This document shows, in pieces, positions 37,862-50,048 of a DNA stretch of 64,000 nucleotides. The translations under genes were made by a program, and so were the position numbers. Position 1 is the stretch's first letter. Each line of letters starts with the position of its first letter. Source of the DNA: Takakia lepidozioides (lineage: Eukaryota > Plantae > Bryophyta); contig CM060731.1 in the NCBI GenBank assembly GCA_030704615.1, forward strand, positions 33,914,001 to 33,978,000, given 5' to 3'. Under the pieces are notes generated by a model. The model was not told where the DNA came from, made no database searches, and saw only the letters and a list, made by a program, of their open reading frames with translations.

Positions 37862-39280
37862 CACTACAAAAGATCCTGGTTTTTTTTACAGTAAGGGTAG
37901 TTGATACCTGGCTTTTTTTACACCTAATTTGACACCCATGTAAAATGTCGATGATATAGATTGAGCTCACTACAAGAGATCATTGTTTTTTTTACAGTAA
38001 AGATAGTTGACACCTGATTTTTTTTACACCTAATTTGACACCCATGTAAAATGTCGATGGTGTAGATTGAGCCAGTGTAAGAAAAGCCGTTTTGTGTAAA
38101 CTAGTCTACACCAAGCTCACACCTTCTGTGGTCAACGGTCATTGACCGAGAAGGTGTCGAACAATGTACAAGGCTTATGTCACACTTGTCTAAGAATCAA
38201 CCGTATAGTGTAAGTTATTCCACATAATGGGGTTCAACTATATGATGTGGCATGCTAACTATACATGGTGTGAGAAATGTTACATGGATTATCTCACACT
38301 AGAGTGGATTATGCCACGCTGGACATGTTGATTAAGGGACTCATGTCAACTGTATGACTATGCGTGTTGACCAAGGCTTGTCTTACACCAGTGTAGAGTA
38401 AGTCACACTATCAGGACACGTAGATATGTGAGAATGACATGTGACAGTGGATGATTTAGTTGGATGAATGTTATAGGAATTATGTCATTCATATGTGGGA
38501 TGAATTCACCTGCAAGGGACTTGGGTTTTTTCGAGATAAAAACGGAGAAGAATGAAGAAGTCGACTGCCCATTGTCTACTCCGACTCATATCTGTGCTGG
38601 GCAAGAGACATGGGAGATGTAAGGCAAGAGACATGCCTAGTCTAGCACCTTTCGGACAATATTGTAGAGAGGTCGTGGGCCTCGTGAAGTATCTCGAATG
38701 TGAGAAATCATGCTCCATGACTGTGACGATATATATGACTATGACTAGATGTGTCACACTCTTTATATTTCAAAGTTTGTTGTGGTTATATACAATCAAA
38801 CCACTTATGTTGTACATGTATGTGTAATAGGTGTGTTTGGTTAGTGTATAGTGAATTAGTGATGCTATAATGAAGAGATCTTAGGTTCAAATGTGTATTG
38901 TCTAGTAATGTGTGGGATGGTATGCGGTCAAGCGTTAACTGGGATGGGTCAACGGTCAACGCATATTTCAAATTTGAATTTTTGATCCGCCAAAATTTAA
39001 AATTTAAGATTTGAATTTTGAATTTTGAATTTCGCTACGATGTCAGATAAGCTGTCAAAAAATCCAGTCGAAATGGATGTGAGAAAAGTCGGTCAAAACG
39101 GGTGTAAAAAAAACCGTGTAAAAAAGGCCAGCCAGTATGGGCGCCACGGTGTAGTCGTGTGTAAGATGGTTTTTTCGACACGACCACCAGAACTCACAGG
39201 GTGGTGCAAATGACACGGTCTACCTAACACCCGAAGGGGGTGTGAGCGGTTGGCTTTTCTTAGAGCCCCAGGTGTAAGAT
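37862..39280. mobile_element. CACTA-type element left end (first ~106 bp duplicated) with TTACAC/GTGTAA subterminal repeats
   Basis: CACTACAAAAGATC at 37862 and CACTACAAGAGATC at 37968; many TTACACC/GGTGTAA motifs. No matching right TIR. Confidence 0.65.
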
Positions 39281-39341
39281 GGTTAGTTGGAATTAGCAGC
39301 TTTGTCTAATGGGGTCTCGGGGTTCTTGACCCCTAGGCGCA

Positions 39342-39355
39342 CACTATACCATTTT

Positions 39356-39386
<31 letters not shown>

Positions 39387-39689
39387 GCGATGCTAATCGT
39401 GCATAGGCGACACCAGGGGGTCGCAGATCCAACCCCCTTGAAAATTCCCACTTGCGTCGCCAAGGGCGTCGCAATGACAAGGGCGTCGCAATGACTGCGA
39501 TGCTGGGGGGTGTTGCTACAACAATACAAGAGGGGCACAAAAAAAAAAAAAAAAAAAAAAAAACGTCGCTTTTAAAATGCAACGCCCTGGGGGTCGCTGT
39601 TTGCGGTGGGGGCATCGCACGGGAGAGGCGCCAAGGGGAGTAGGCGTCGCTATATACCCCCCTCCCCCCCCTCCCTTTTTCCTGTAGTG
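39342..39689. mobile_element. Miniature CACTA element (348 bp) with 3-bp TSD GCA
   Basis: CACTA...TAGTG termini; GCA at 39339-39341 and 39690-39692; internal GCG(T/A)CGC repeats. Confidence 0.85.
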
Positions 39690-41300
39690 GCAAATTCTGG
39701 CCCTCCTGGCCAAATGGGTTCCTCAGGCTCTTTTTAATTTGCGAAGCCCATGGAGCTTGCTGGTTCAGAACCACCTTGCTGCTGCTAAGCAGTTTACAGT
39801 GACATCTGGGGCAACTTGTTAGTCTCGCTTAGATGGGTAGTTCAAGGCAATAACTCTACTGCTAAAGCAAAAGTGGGGTCCCTTGCATGTTATTCAATCT
39901 GGCATGCCTAATGCCAGCTGCAGCCGTCTTTTGTGCAATCTTGCCCAAAATCATTCGACGAGGTACTCCGCCAACCCCTCTTCGGGAATTACAATCGGGA
40001 CTGTGAGGCCCCAATCCATTGCAGCCATAGGTGGGTTCACTGGGATAGAGCGGGTCTCTCCCATATGCTGCATTTCTGGGAGGATGAATCATCCTCCATC
40101 ATTTCCCAGCAGACTGCTGCCCTCGCCTTCTCTGGTAGACGCATTGTTGCAGACCTGCAGCAGGTCGTGGATGATCTTCTGACTCTATGGACGGATCTGC
40201 TTTCGAACCCGCATAATCGCTTCTTCCCTGCATGGCTCGGGCTCAACGACCTCTTCTCTTCCAGAGCGTTCTTTGCTTTCAATCAGCTGGACTCCAATTT
40301 GAGTGGTCTCTCATTTTCAGTTGCATCTAATGGCTCCTTAACCTTCGCTGGGTTTGAGCTTCTCCCCTGCAGTTCTAACTTCTTTGCCATCAAGGTTATC
40401 TGTTCGCTCTCGGGGCAAATTAATCATCACTCACCGCAGGACCTTCGAGTATGGGATAAGTGCAATTTAAGCTGGTTTCTTAATGCCCCTGTCGGTTACA
40501 TGTTATTCATGCCCCTCCAATCCATGAATTGTAAGTGGTCAACGAAATGGAGTCATGATGTTGGGGTCAATACCCGATCCCTTGGAATTCTGTCTGGAAA
40601 GATGTTTGGAGGAAAAGTCGCTCGACTAAAACCTCTTCCTTTCTCTGGAAGCTGGTGAACTGAATCCTGCCACTTTCCTCTATTTTTGAATCCGTTTCTC
40701 CTTCGAATTGCATCACATGTCCCTTGCAGATGTCTGAGACAATCGAGCATTGTCTATTCCATTGCCCTTTCGCTTCTAGGGTCTGGCAACTGGTTGCTTC
40801 GCTCATTCCCCTCTTGGTAATTTGTAATTTTCTCCTTCCATAGTTTTGCTGCATAGGCACGATGGGCGGTTATTCAAATTCTGCCCTATATGGAATGCGT
40901 TGCGAGCTATGGCTCTCTGGCATATTTGAAAAATTAGATGCTCCCTCTTGTTTGATGGTGACCCCCTTTGCATTAGGAAGGTGATTCACAGGATTCACTC
41001 AGACATGATGTCTGAGGCAAGGAAAGCATGGTTGGTGGTGGGTGCAGCTCTTCGGAGGTGCGGGGACAGGAGACGACCTCAACTACTCTCGACCCTCGAC
41101 AGTTCCTGGGGATATGGAGACATCTTTTGCAGACGCGCTACAGATGCCATTTCCCTGTTCTCTGCTCTTGGTCCCTTCTCTTGGGCTTTGCACTTTAGCT
41201 TTCCATCGCTCTGAAGTTTCTACACTTCTTCAGCTTCGCCCGCTCTATCTCCCTGATCTTTGTCGGAGCTAGGTCTCATCTATCAGCCTTCATGGCATGT
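39690..41300 (-). mobile_element. Highly degenerate coding-like relic, possibly LINE ORF1
   Basis: Broken minus-strand frames that appear to continue across the mini-CACTA insertion. No diagnostic motif. Confidence 0.25.
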
Positions 41301-41954
41301 CCAAGGTTATTTTTTCCTTGATTAACAAGCCTCAAACGACAATTGGCTCTCTTGCTTTGCTTTGGCACAACATAAGAGGAAGGTAAGACTAGGGAGCATG
41401 ACTCAGCACAACACACCAATCAGCGCCTTGACACGGTGTAAGGTACTTTGACCACATTTTCTCCATTGACTTGCATGTCTCCCAAAGTCTCTCTCTACAA
41501 GAGAGCCAACAAAGTTTGATCAAGGGCCTTTGTCCCCCTTTTCTCAAAAGGAAAAAAAAAAAGAAAAAAGAAGAAGGGAGTACCACTTCACATAACACTC
41601 GCCTTTGTAAAACCTTAGGGAGTACAAAAATCCTAACAAATATAGAGAAGTGGTAGACTGTAGCAGCCTTACCTCAGAACCTTGGATCAACCTTCGGGAG
41701 TTTGTACTTTGAGCAGGTTAGTTTTGGACGTTAGCTGGCTGTTTTTTGTCTACAAATACTGGACCGATGGCAGGCGTGCTTGCTGCCACGCCTTCCTCTC
41801 AAGCCCCCCCCACCCCCAGCACACTGGTTGAGCTCTAAATTTCGAATTGTTTGTGAACACCCATTTCTTGTAAGGTCAGCGTTATCTCTTCCCTTTCCTA
41901 CCCTCTCCACGCTCCTATTTCTCAATTTCCTATAGATCAAATCCAGCACGGGGG

Positions 41955-44900
41955 ATGGCGGCAATCATCCAGCTAGCGAACCTGTCTCTGTGTGGAGGAA
42001 GCTACAAATTTGTTGCTTGTCCGAACTCTGTGGGTTGTAGCTACGAGTCTAAAGATTATTTTCAGGGCTGGGCTTCGAGAGGACACAGGACTACCTCGAT
42101 GCAGCATGAATGTACACAGGGCCGAAGGAGAGGGATAGTAAAAATGGGTATGTCTCAGGACCAACGAAGAGAAAGTGGGAGTTTATGGGCGACAGACGGC
42201 GATATCGCCCACATCTTAAAGAATGCAGCACTGGCAGTCACTCTTAGTATTTCTCTCACCCTCCGAGGTATTTGTATGTTTCTGCCCCACATTTATCACG
42301 ATGACTGTGCTATGGTCTAAAGGTTTGTCACAGCATTAGGGGTTTCATGAGTGGGAATTGTGTTTGGACGATGTTAGCTTAGCAGCAGCTCCTGAGACTT
42401 CCCGGCTTTTTTCTCGAGCTACAAGCTGCCTAACATTTTAACCTCTCAGTAGACGCATTTTGGGTGTGTGGATTAGTGGCTCATTCCGAAACGATCCAAT
42501 TCACTTCAAATGCAGAGGAAGCTCAAATATTGAGTCATACAGTGGAAGCTCTTTACGGTGTAATTTGTTGGGAGGATTATGATGCAGGAGCTGATATGGC
42601 CATGGCAAGAAGGCTTGAAGGTGTCAACAAGCCTGAGTTACTACCCAAAGAGTTTACCACTGTCATTGACGTTGCCGGGTTTCTATCGGCCGGACAGGTG
42701 AGCGTCCCTTTTCTCTCTCTCTCTCTCTCTCTCTGAAGTAAAAAAAACCATGCTTTGCCGCGTCATCAGGCCGGCCTTGGAGTATGCATCTGCTGTATGG
42801 GTTGATAACTCCAACCAGGCTAAGTCTCTTGAATCCATCCAAGTCGGGGTGCTCAAGGAGTGCATGTCAGCATGCTCCAAAACAGCTAATGTGGCTGTTC
42901 AGGGTGGGTTTGGCATTCCTCCCTTAAGCTCCCGACGCGATGAATTCAAAATCAGATGGTGGGGTCAGCTGCAACGTATGGCTAAGACCAGATATCCTAA
43001 GTTAATCGACTCTATATCTTGGAAGCAGGACCGCCCTGTCAAACAGGCTAAATCCTGGCGGAAAGTGTAGAAGAGATTTTCAAGGATCTGAATCTTAGTC
43101 CACTAGCCATGACCCTGCTGGATAAATCTGGCTTAGAAGCTGAAGTTTCCGAAGCCATGTCTATTGCCAGGAAATTGTCTGAAGAAATGAAGTTAGGCAG
43201 AAAACTTCCCTGAACCTGTTTCCAGTCTGTGACATGGGTGAGGCCATCATGGATGACCTCAAGGGTCTACCCACCCTCGGCACTAGACTGAAATTCAAAC
43301 TCAGGGCGGGTAGCCTACCTTTGAACAACAAACAGTCGCAGAGAGGAAAGGGGGATTGTAAGTGCCCGTTGTGTGGGCAACCTGAAGACAATATTCACTT
43401 CCTGATTTATTGTCCTGGGTACTCTCACCAACGGACACCCTCTTCAATTCCATCAAGGAAATTGTGCCTGTACCTCTGTTTAACAACTTCGAAAATCTTG
43501 AGGCTGAGCCAAAAGCCCAGGCCCTTTTGGGGTCTAGCTATTGGGCAAATCACACACATCAGATTGATGCTTGTGTGAAGGGATTTCTGGAGGATATCTG
43601 GAAATCTCGGATCAACTGTTTATTCTAAGGTAAATCATACTACCGGCGTCAGCCCCTGACAAAGGTAGTTTCTGTCCCTTTATGTTCCGTTCAAACTGGG
43701 CGGGGGGTCAATGGCCACAAGGCTATGGCAAACAATGTCTTATGAGTACAATCTCTCTCTCTTTGCCCAACGACGTTAGGCATAAAACTTCCCTGAACTT
43801 GTTTCCAGTCTGTGACATGGGTGAGGACCTAAAGGATGACCTGAAGGGCCTACCTACCCTCGGCACTTGCCCGAATTTTAAACTTGGTGCAGGGAGTCTG
43901 CCTTTGAAAGTAAATAGATGCAGACAGGAAAGGGAGGTTGTCAATGTCTGAAGTGTGGGCAGACTGAAGACAATATCCATTTTCTGATACAATGTCTGGG
44001 GTATTCTCAACAGGGAGTGACCCTCTTCATGTACATCAAGAACGTAGTCCCTGCACCACAACTTTCAAAATCTTGAGGCTAAGCCTAAAGCCCTGGCTTT
44101 GTTGGAAAGCTTGAACATATTGTTTATATCACGGTAAGTCCCACTATTGGAGTCAGCACCTGTCTTCTGTTCCAAACTGGGAGTGGGTTCTATGGCCATA
44201 ATGTATAAGGAGAATAAGGCACTATGTAACGTCGACTATGTTGGTGCCGATGCGAATTATACCCTCGTGTCCAAGAAAATTCTACAGACATTCTAAACAA
44301 GCCTCACCTTACTTACAGAGGTACCGATTATAGCGGAAAGCATAGTGCTTAGGATGGGGAGAAGAGTCTATTCACCAGTGGTCCTCTCACTTTCAACAGC
44401 CAAGTGTTCCCTACGATCTCCAGGCCTTCACACCAAACCCCCAAGACAATCACAAAAACCATGTCAGAGAATTGGTGTCATTATGGATGACAAGGACAAA
44501 ACCCTTAATCCTTCCGCATTGAGTAACCGGAAGGAAGGGCCCCATTCGTCATCAAGGAACACTGGAAACACTTGGTCGTTGAAATTGAGTGGTCCACTAC
44601 TGAATAAGCTCTTCTTCACATCATAGGCGCCATGCTTTCCCCTGATTTTTTTGACCCGTAAGTACTACGGAGTTTGTTCATTATGTCTTTGGAAATCTTT
44701 TTCGGCATGGGGGCCTCCGGATTCCCACCAACTGATGTGTGAACCTGTACAAGCACACACAAGAGAAAAGGACCTTCAGATATCCAGCGAGCTGAATGTT
44801 TCAACGCAGCAAAGGGGTAACAACAAAAACACAACTGACTTCACACCAGATTACATGCCAATATGACAGGAGCAGATGCAAATTGTGGTACATCGTAGTG

Positions 44901-47553
44901 GTAGACGTCCTCTTGGTTGGTCAATTTTCCATCGAAGTAGTTGCACTCCAAGTTCACCAGCCTCCCTTTATCCCCATAGTCCGGTCTTGATAGCTTCGAA
45001 ATCAGAAACAAAACCACCAACTTAGCCCAAGCACACCCAAAACTAAGTTCAGGGTCTCCAGGCCTTCACACCAAAGAAATAGGGGAAAACTTAGTGCTTA
45101 GGATGGGGAAAAGAGTCTATTCACTAGTCCTCTCGCTTTCAACAGCCACAAAGTTCCAGAGAGAAAATCTGGGTAGCTTTGGTCAACAATAATGGTAACA
45201 ATATTTCTAGCTGAGTGTTGTTCTGGCTTGGCTGTAGACTGTAGTGGTCATCTGGCTTTGCGCGGGAGGGGGCAGGAGGAGCGTATCAAAGAGGCAGTAG
45301 CAAATCTTGAGGAGGATACAGGCTTCAAGCTGAGGGTGCTTGCCCAAAACTACCCCAACACTCCCGGTGAGCTCTCTCCCACTCTGTGGTATGGTGTCAA
45401 TTTCAGTTTTAATTGAACCTCCTGAAACCAGATCAGTTGACTATGGCAATATTGGGCTGTGTTTCTTACCCTCATGGGTGAAATCCCCATGACTGGCTGC
45501 AGTAGGCCTGAATCCCAAGCCTGACTTTTCCACTACACTCCCTTTTTTCAACTGTCGCTATTTGGATACCATGTCTGACCCTCTGTCTACTTAACATGGA
45601 AGACAGCATCACTACTGACACTTGGTATTAGTGTACTCCCAGTAGTGTCAAGAAATAACATAGACACTGTGGGATGAATTATACAGGGTTGGCAGTGCGG
45701 GACTTTTGGCAAGTGGACGACAAGACCGTTGTGTTTGTTGCTGATCCCAATATGGGTACTCTTCTTGTTGTTCCTCCCCCTCCAGCGTTTACTCTGAGGA
45801 TAGACATGACACATGCTCAAGAAGAGGCCCTCATGGAATGTACCAAATAGATTGTCACTCCACCACTTTTGGCTAAGCTGAAGAATTGTGGCTCTCCTTG
45901 GGCCTGGATTCTGGGGTGGATGCTTGCAGCTAATTGATGCTAAGAACTTCCGGAAGCTAGAATCATAACTCCATACTGGAGGGAGTCTTCTGGAACTTTA
46001 GTGACGCACTTACTGCTCCCTTTGTTACATGTTCACCCCTTTGTACTGGGTGCAAGGACCCATTATGGTAAGGGTACTACCTGGAGTCCTCTTGCCATAG
46101 TAGAGCACCCTGCAAGACTATGGCAAGAAATGTCTTATATACACTGCTTTGTCTGACACTATTATTTTCTCAAGGATTCTGTTAAAAGCTGTCCTATACT
46201 GCCAAAACCTGTGCTAAAAGATCCTGAGTAATGACACAGCACTTCATGGCAAACAGCAGGGAAACAATGAAGAGGGCTGCTGCAGTGATTGGAAAGACAC
46301 GGAAGCAAACCAATTGGAAATAGCCCAGATCAGTTGGAGATATCAATAAACACTAAACAATCTCCAAACTCCTCTGGAAGCTGAAATCATGTTGGAGCCA
46401 CTTAAAATATGGGTCAAGTGCCTTTAGTTCACATAGATGACCTGTAGGAGTGCTTGACATTTCTGTATGAATTGGTGTAATAGTGACGCCCCTTCACCTA
46501 TGCTAAAAAATCGGACCTGCACCTGGTGGTTGGTTTGGGGGTTCTGCAGGCAACATCTTGAACTTTAATGTGGGGACAGGTGTTGACCTAAGTGTTCCCC
46601 GGAGTTTTTGGACGCGGCTAGCTGGAAAATATGGCAACTTGTTCTACTGGCAAGAAAAGGTAGGCCCTGTGTGTGGAGTGTCTCAACAAAACTAGTCTCT
46701 TTGTTCATGCAGATGGATCAATCTTGTGGTGTAATAGAAGTGACCCAACTGAGCAGTGTTGATACTTCGTCCACTAGTCTAATGGGCTACAAGAGTCATC
46801 CATTTATGCTTGTCCATGACAATTAAAACGATGGTGATCGGCATCAACCCCACCCACCTTCCCTTCCCCATGCACAATAGGGAAAGCAGGTGTGCATGCA
46901 GAAAGAACTGCCCGCACATAGTTGCGAGAGAAAGGAGAAGTGTGATTGCACGGGTATACATAGAGGCCACCTTAGTGTCGCCAATTGACAGTTCCCTGGA
47001 GAAGCTATTGTGCACTTATGCGTTTTCTTGCAAGCCCTAATTCGTTATCTGGCATATACCAATGACTACCAAGAGGAACGTGATCAACAGGTCAACTGCA
47101 TACAAGCACTTATGACAAGAAGGGTTGGTGACTAACTGCTGGATACCTCTCCTTAAGTCTAAGTCTAAGGAGAGTCTAAGGAGGACTACTACCAATGATG
47201 TAATATTATCTTCTCTTTTTAGTGTTGTGTAGTTGATGGAAAAGTCCCCCCCATTTCATTTCAACAATAACTTAAACTTGTTGTGACATGTCAACGACAT
47301 TTCACTTGTTGTTGACTTGGTTGACAACAATTGTTTGTCATAGAGCAGTAGTGGTAAGCTTCTGGTGTTGTTTTGTTAAGACCACCTTCTTTCTCTCTAG
47401 CTTGCACCTTGCATCTTTTTCATTTAATTGCTGAGGTGGCCAACATGTTCACCTGGGCAGGGTGAGGATGCATCCATTGAGGCGGCAGTGTCGGCGATCA
47501 ACGCTTGTTTGAGAGAACCTTTTGGGCCACGAGCATGTTCGGAGGTTAAATGA
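41955..47553 (+). CDS. Thylakoid lumenal 15 kDa TPM-domain protein (TLP15 / At5g52970-like), 6 exons
   Basis: Exons 41955-42267, 42588-42697, 45276-45366, 45687-45755, 46550-46659, 47461-47553. All GT-AG and phase-compatible. Transit peptide plus hydrophobic AxA signal. [65 protein letters not shown]..CL. Confidence 0.93.
42735..43762 (+). mobile_element. 5'-truncated LINE (RT thumb region plus C-terminal CCHC knuckle) in intron 2, between (TC)n tracts
   Basis: IRPALEYASAVW..LESIQ; RLKFKLRAGSLPL..CPLCGQPEDNIHFLIYCP. (CT)n at 42712-42734 and 43752-43762. Confidence 0.9.
43765..44215 (+). mobile_element. Second, more diverged tandem copy of the LINE 3' part
   Basis: KTSLNLFPVCDMGEDLKDDLKGLPTLG..AGSLPL repeats 43190-43720. 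Confidence 0.85.
44510..44990 (-). pseudogene. Argonaute N-domain fragment (AGO4/6-like) with retained intron, antisense in intron 2 of the TPM gene
   Basis: 44990-44892 encodes SRPDYGDKGRLVNLECNYFDGKLTNQEDVYHYD. GT..AG intron 44891-44745. Then VHTS..KDIMNKLRSTYGS [frameshift] GKHGAYDVKKSLFSSGPLNFNDQVFPVFLDD. Confidence 0.88.
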
Positions 47554-50048
47554 ACACTGATCAAACCTTTGTTTATTTATTTATTTGACGTGGGCGGGAC
47601 TAGGCTGTTTGTTCTCTTTCCTTGTAAATTAACTTCGGAGGTTGATGTGACAAACCCATTGTGAAGCTCTTTAATTGGACTCGTTAGTAGTGGGAAGCTT
47701 CTGTTGTTATCTTAAATAATGGGTGACTGCTTGATCAAGCTTCAGTCGCCACAACTGCTGAGCTACCGCAGGTTCAATATGCTCTGTTCGTGTTTGTGTG
47801 CGTGCATCTGATTGTATCTGTAAATCAAGCTCAGTTTTGATGATTGAAATTCAGGGAAGTGCAATTAAATCATTGGTGTGCTCACTTGTTTGCTGCACAG
47901 TCACATCGCCATTTCTCATTCGCCGTAGGGCAGGGAAGAATTTGTAGGGACAATGTATGTATTGTTATTTGCTTTTTGCACTGTGGGTGGATGCTGGATA
48001 TGCAGTTTTCATGGAAAACAGTAAACTCGGGACATCAAAGAGTGTTTAAGCAATTTGGTTTCTAAACTTGAAATAAGTAGTGGAAGGGAACTGAAGGAAA
48101 TTTAAAGCCCAGTCATTTATAGAACTGCTCCAGGTCACTTATGTAGGAGCTTTGCAGTATGTTCCTCTTAGCTAATGCACTCCTGAGGAGGTGAAGTAGC
48201 TCTGCTGAGTTGCCATTGAAAAGAGTCCAAGTGCTAAGTGAAACTGTCCCATGCATTTCTAGTGGTTTATTTCTGGGCTGCATGCTAAAAAATTCCGTTG
48301 TACTCCAGCCTGAGTTACTCTAGTGAAGAGAAGCAGAAGTATTGCTGGATAGGCTGCAGAAAAGAGGGCCCAAAATGCCCATAGAGCTCAGAATCGACCC
48401 TCCTGCAATCACAGTGGAGAGTAAGGGAGGTTGAATCTGTTTGGAGCCTCCTGTTTCATCTATATATCAAGTCATTCTCAGATTGTTTGACTCTGTGCGT
48501 GTTACAGCCTTAAAGCTTTGAATTCATCTTTCTCAGTTTGCAGTTGATCCGTAAACCCTAGCTGGCATGAGGTGAGGGCATCCAGCTCTCACTAGTGTCA
48601 CAGCTCTTCTAACTGGCCCGGATCCTGCTTTCTTCCTTGTGATTTGCGCAAATTCAAAGTGAGCCAATGCCCACTGCATTGCATGCGACGCAAAATTGGG
48701 TGCGCTTTCTGCAGCAGGACAGTCTCTGCCCATGCAGTCTCTACCCTTGTTTTACAATGGCCAAAGAATTCGTCTATGGAAAAGCACGGGTATGGAAGCA
48801 GTAAGAATCTCGAAGAAGTCCGGATGCATGCACAAATTTTGTGCTAGTTTTAATCCTCTGACAAGAGCTTGTAATTAACAATAGTGTGGCCAGCTCATTA
48901 ATCAATCGATCACCGGCCCACCTCATGATCAATCTGTTTATTCCTGTGCAGAAACTAGACTCTCAGTTGCGATCGATCCTACGTACTCACCTGCAAGAAG
49001 ACCGTTCCCTTGGTACAAGGGTACATACCTAAAGCCTAAAGGTTAGCTCTCCAGGACCTGATATATCAATTCTAGAGCAGACTAGTATTGATTTATACTG
49101 TCGATGCATCATGCACCGCAATAATCTCGTGAACTACTCTAGTGACAAGGCCTATTGAGAACTGAAATACAGTGCATATGGATTTCATGCATCACATTAT
49201 TATTCAGAGCTCTAGAGTTAGCTATATATCTTGCATCATTTGGAACATGTGTCACCTGTATCAAGCAAGCTGGAAGTCCTGTATTACGCAGCGTAGCAGT
49301 AGAGCTCTGGCAGCTTGCTGATTCTTCACTGATCGGATGCGCAGCTTGCAGCGGCTCCATGGTTGACTTTGTTACTTAACATCTCTCTTAAAGCTTGAAG
49401 GTACAACCTGGAATAGTATGTAAGATAATTAGTATGGGCAGTGCATCAAACTCATGCCTTACTCCAGCATACGGCTGCTTATTCCCATGCCTGTTCGGCA
49501 ATGCAAACCCACAGTGACTCGATCAGGGACCCAATGGAGTCCATGCCAGTACTTGCCTAGTCATCATGGCCACCGTACACCAACTGAGGTTTCTTCCTTA
49601 ATTAGATCCGAATTAACAAAACTTCTGGATGCTGTCCCCTTGATGCTCAAGCAAGACCAACTGGTCCTGCTCAAGGTCTGGCTGGATGCTTTTCTCGAAC
49701 ATTGTTTTCAGACCAATGCATCCTGCACAGAAATGTTATCACTGTGAGTGGAATCAAACTGAACATGCTGCCCCCACTGTCTTGAATTTTTTCTCATGTC
49801 TAGATGTACATTCAAAGAAATTCAAACACACCAAGTTTCTCGATTCAACTGGAAACAGCACTTTCAGCACATGCATAGTTGTCCAGACATGCACGTATTG
49901 TCATGCCTTCAATGTCTGGATGTGGATCCTCTGTTCCTTGAGGTCCCACATCAGCTAGACACAATGAGTCCTAACGTACTCTTAGCGCATATTTCATCAA
50001 TTACTGTAGGTATGGATGGATGTCTGACCATTTCCATTAGGTCCGCAG

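Noticed and set aside
37862-39689. One large CACTA element spanning both CACTA ends
   Set aside because: Flanks GGT and GCA do not form a TSD. The TAGTG at 39689 pairs with CACTA at 39342 (TSD GCA).
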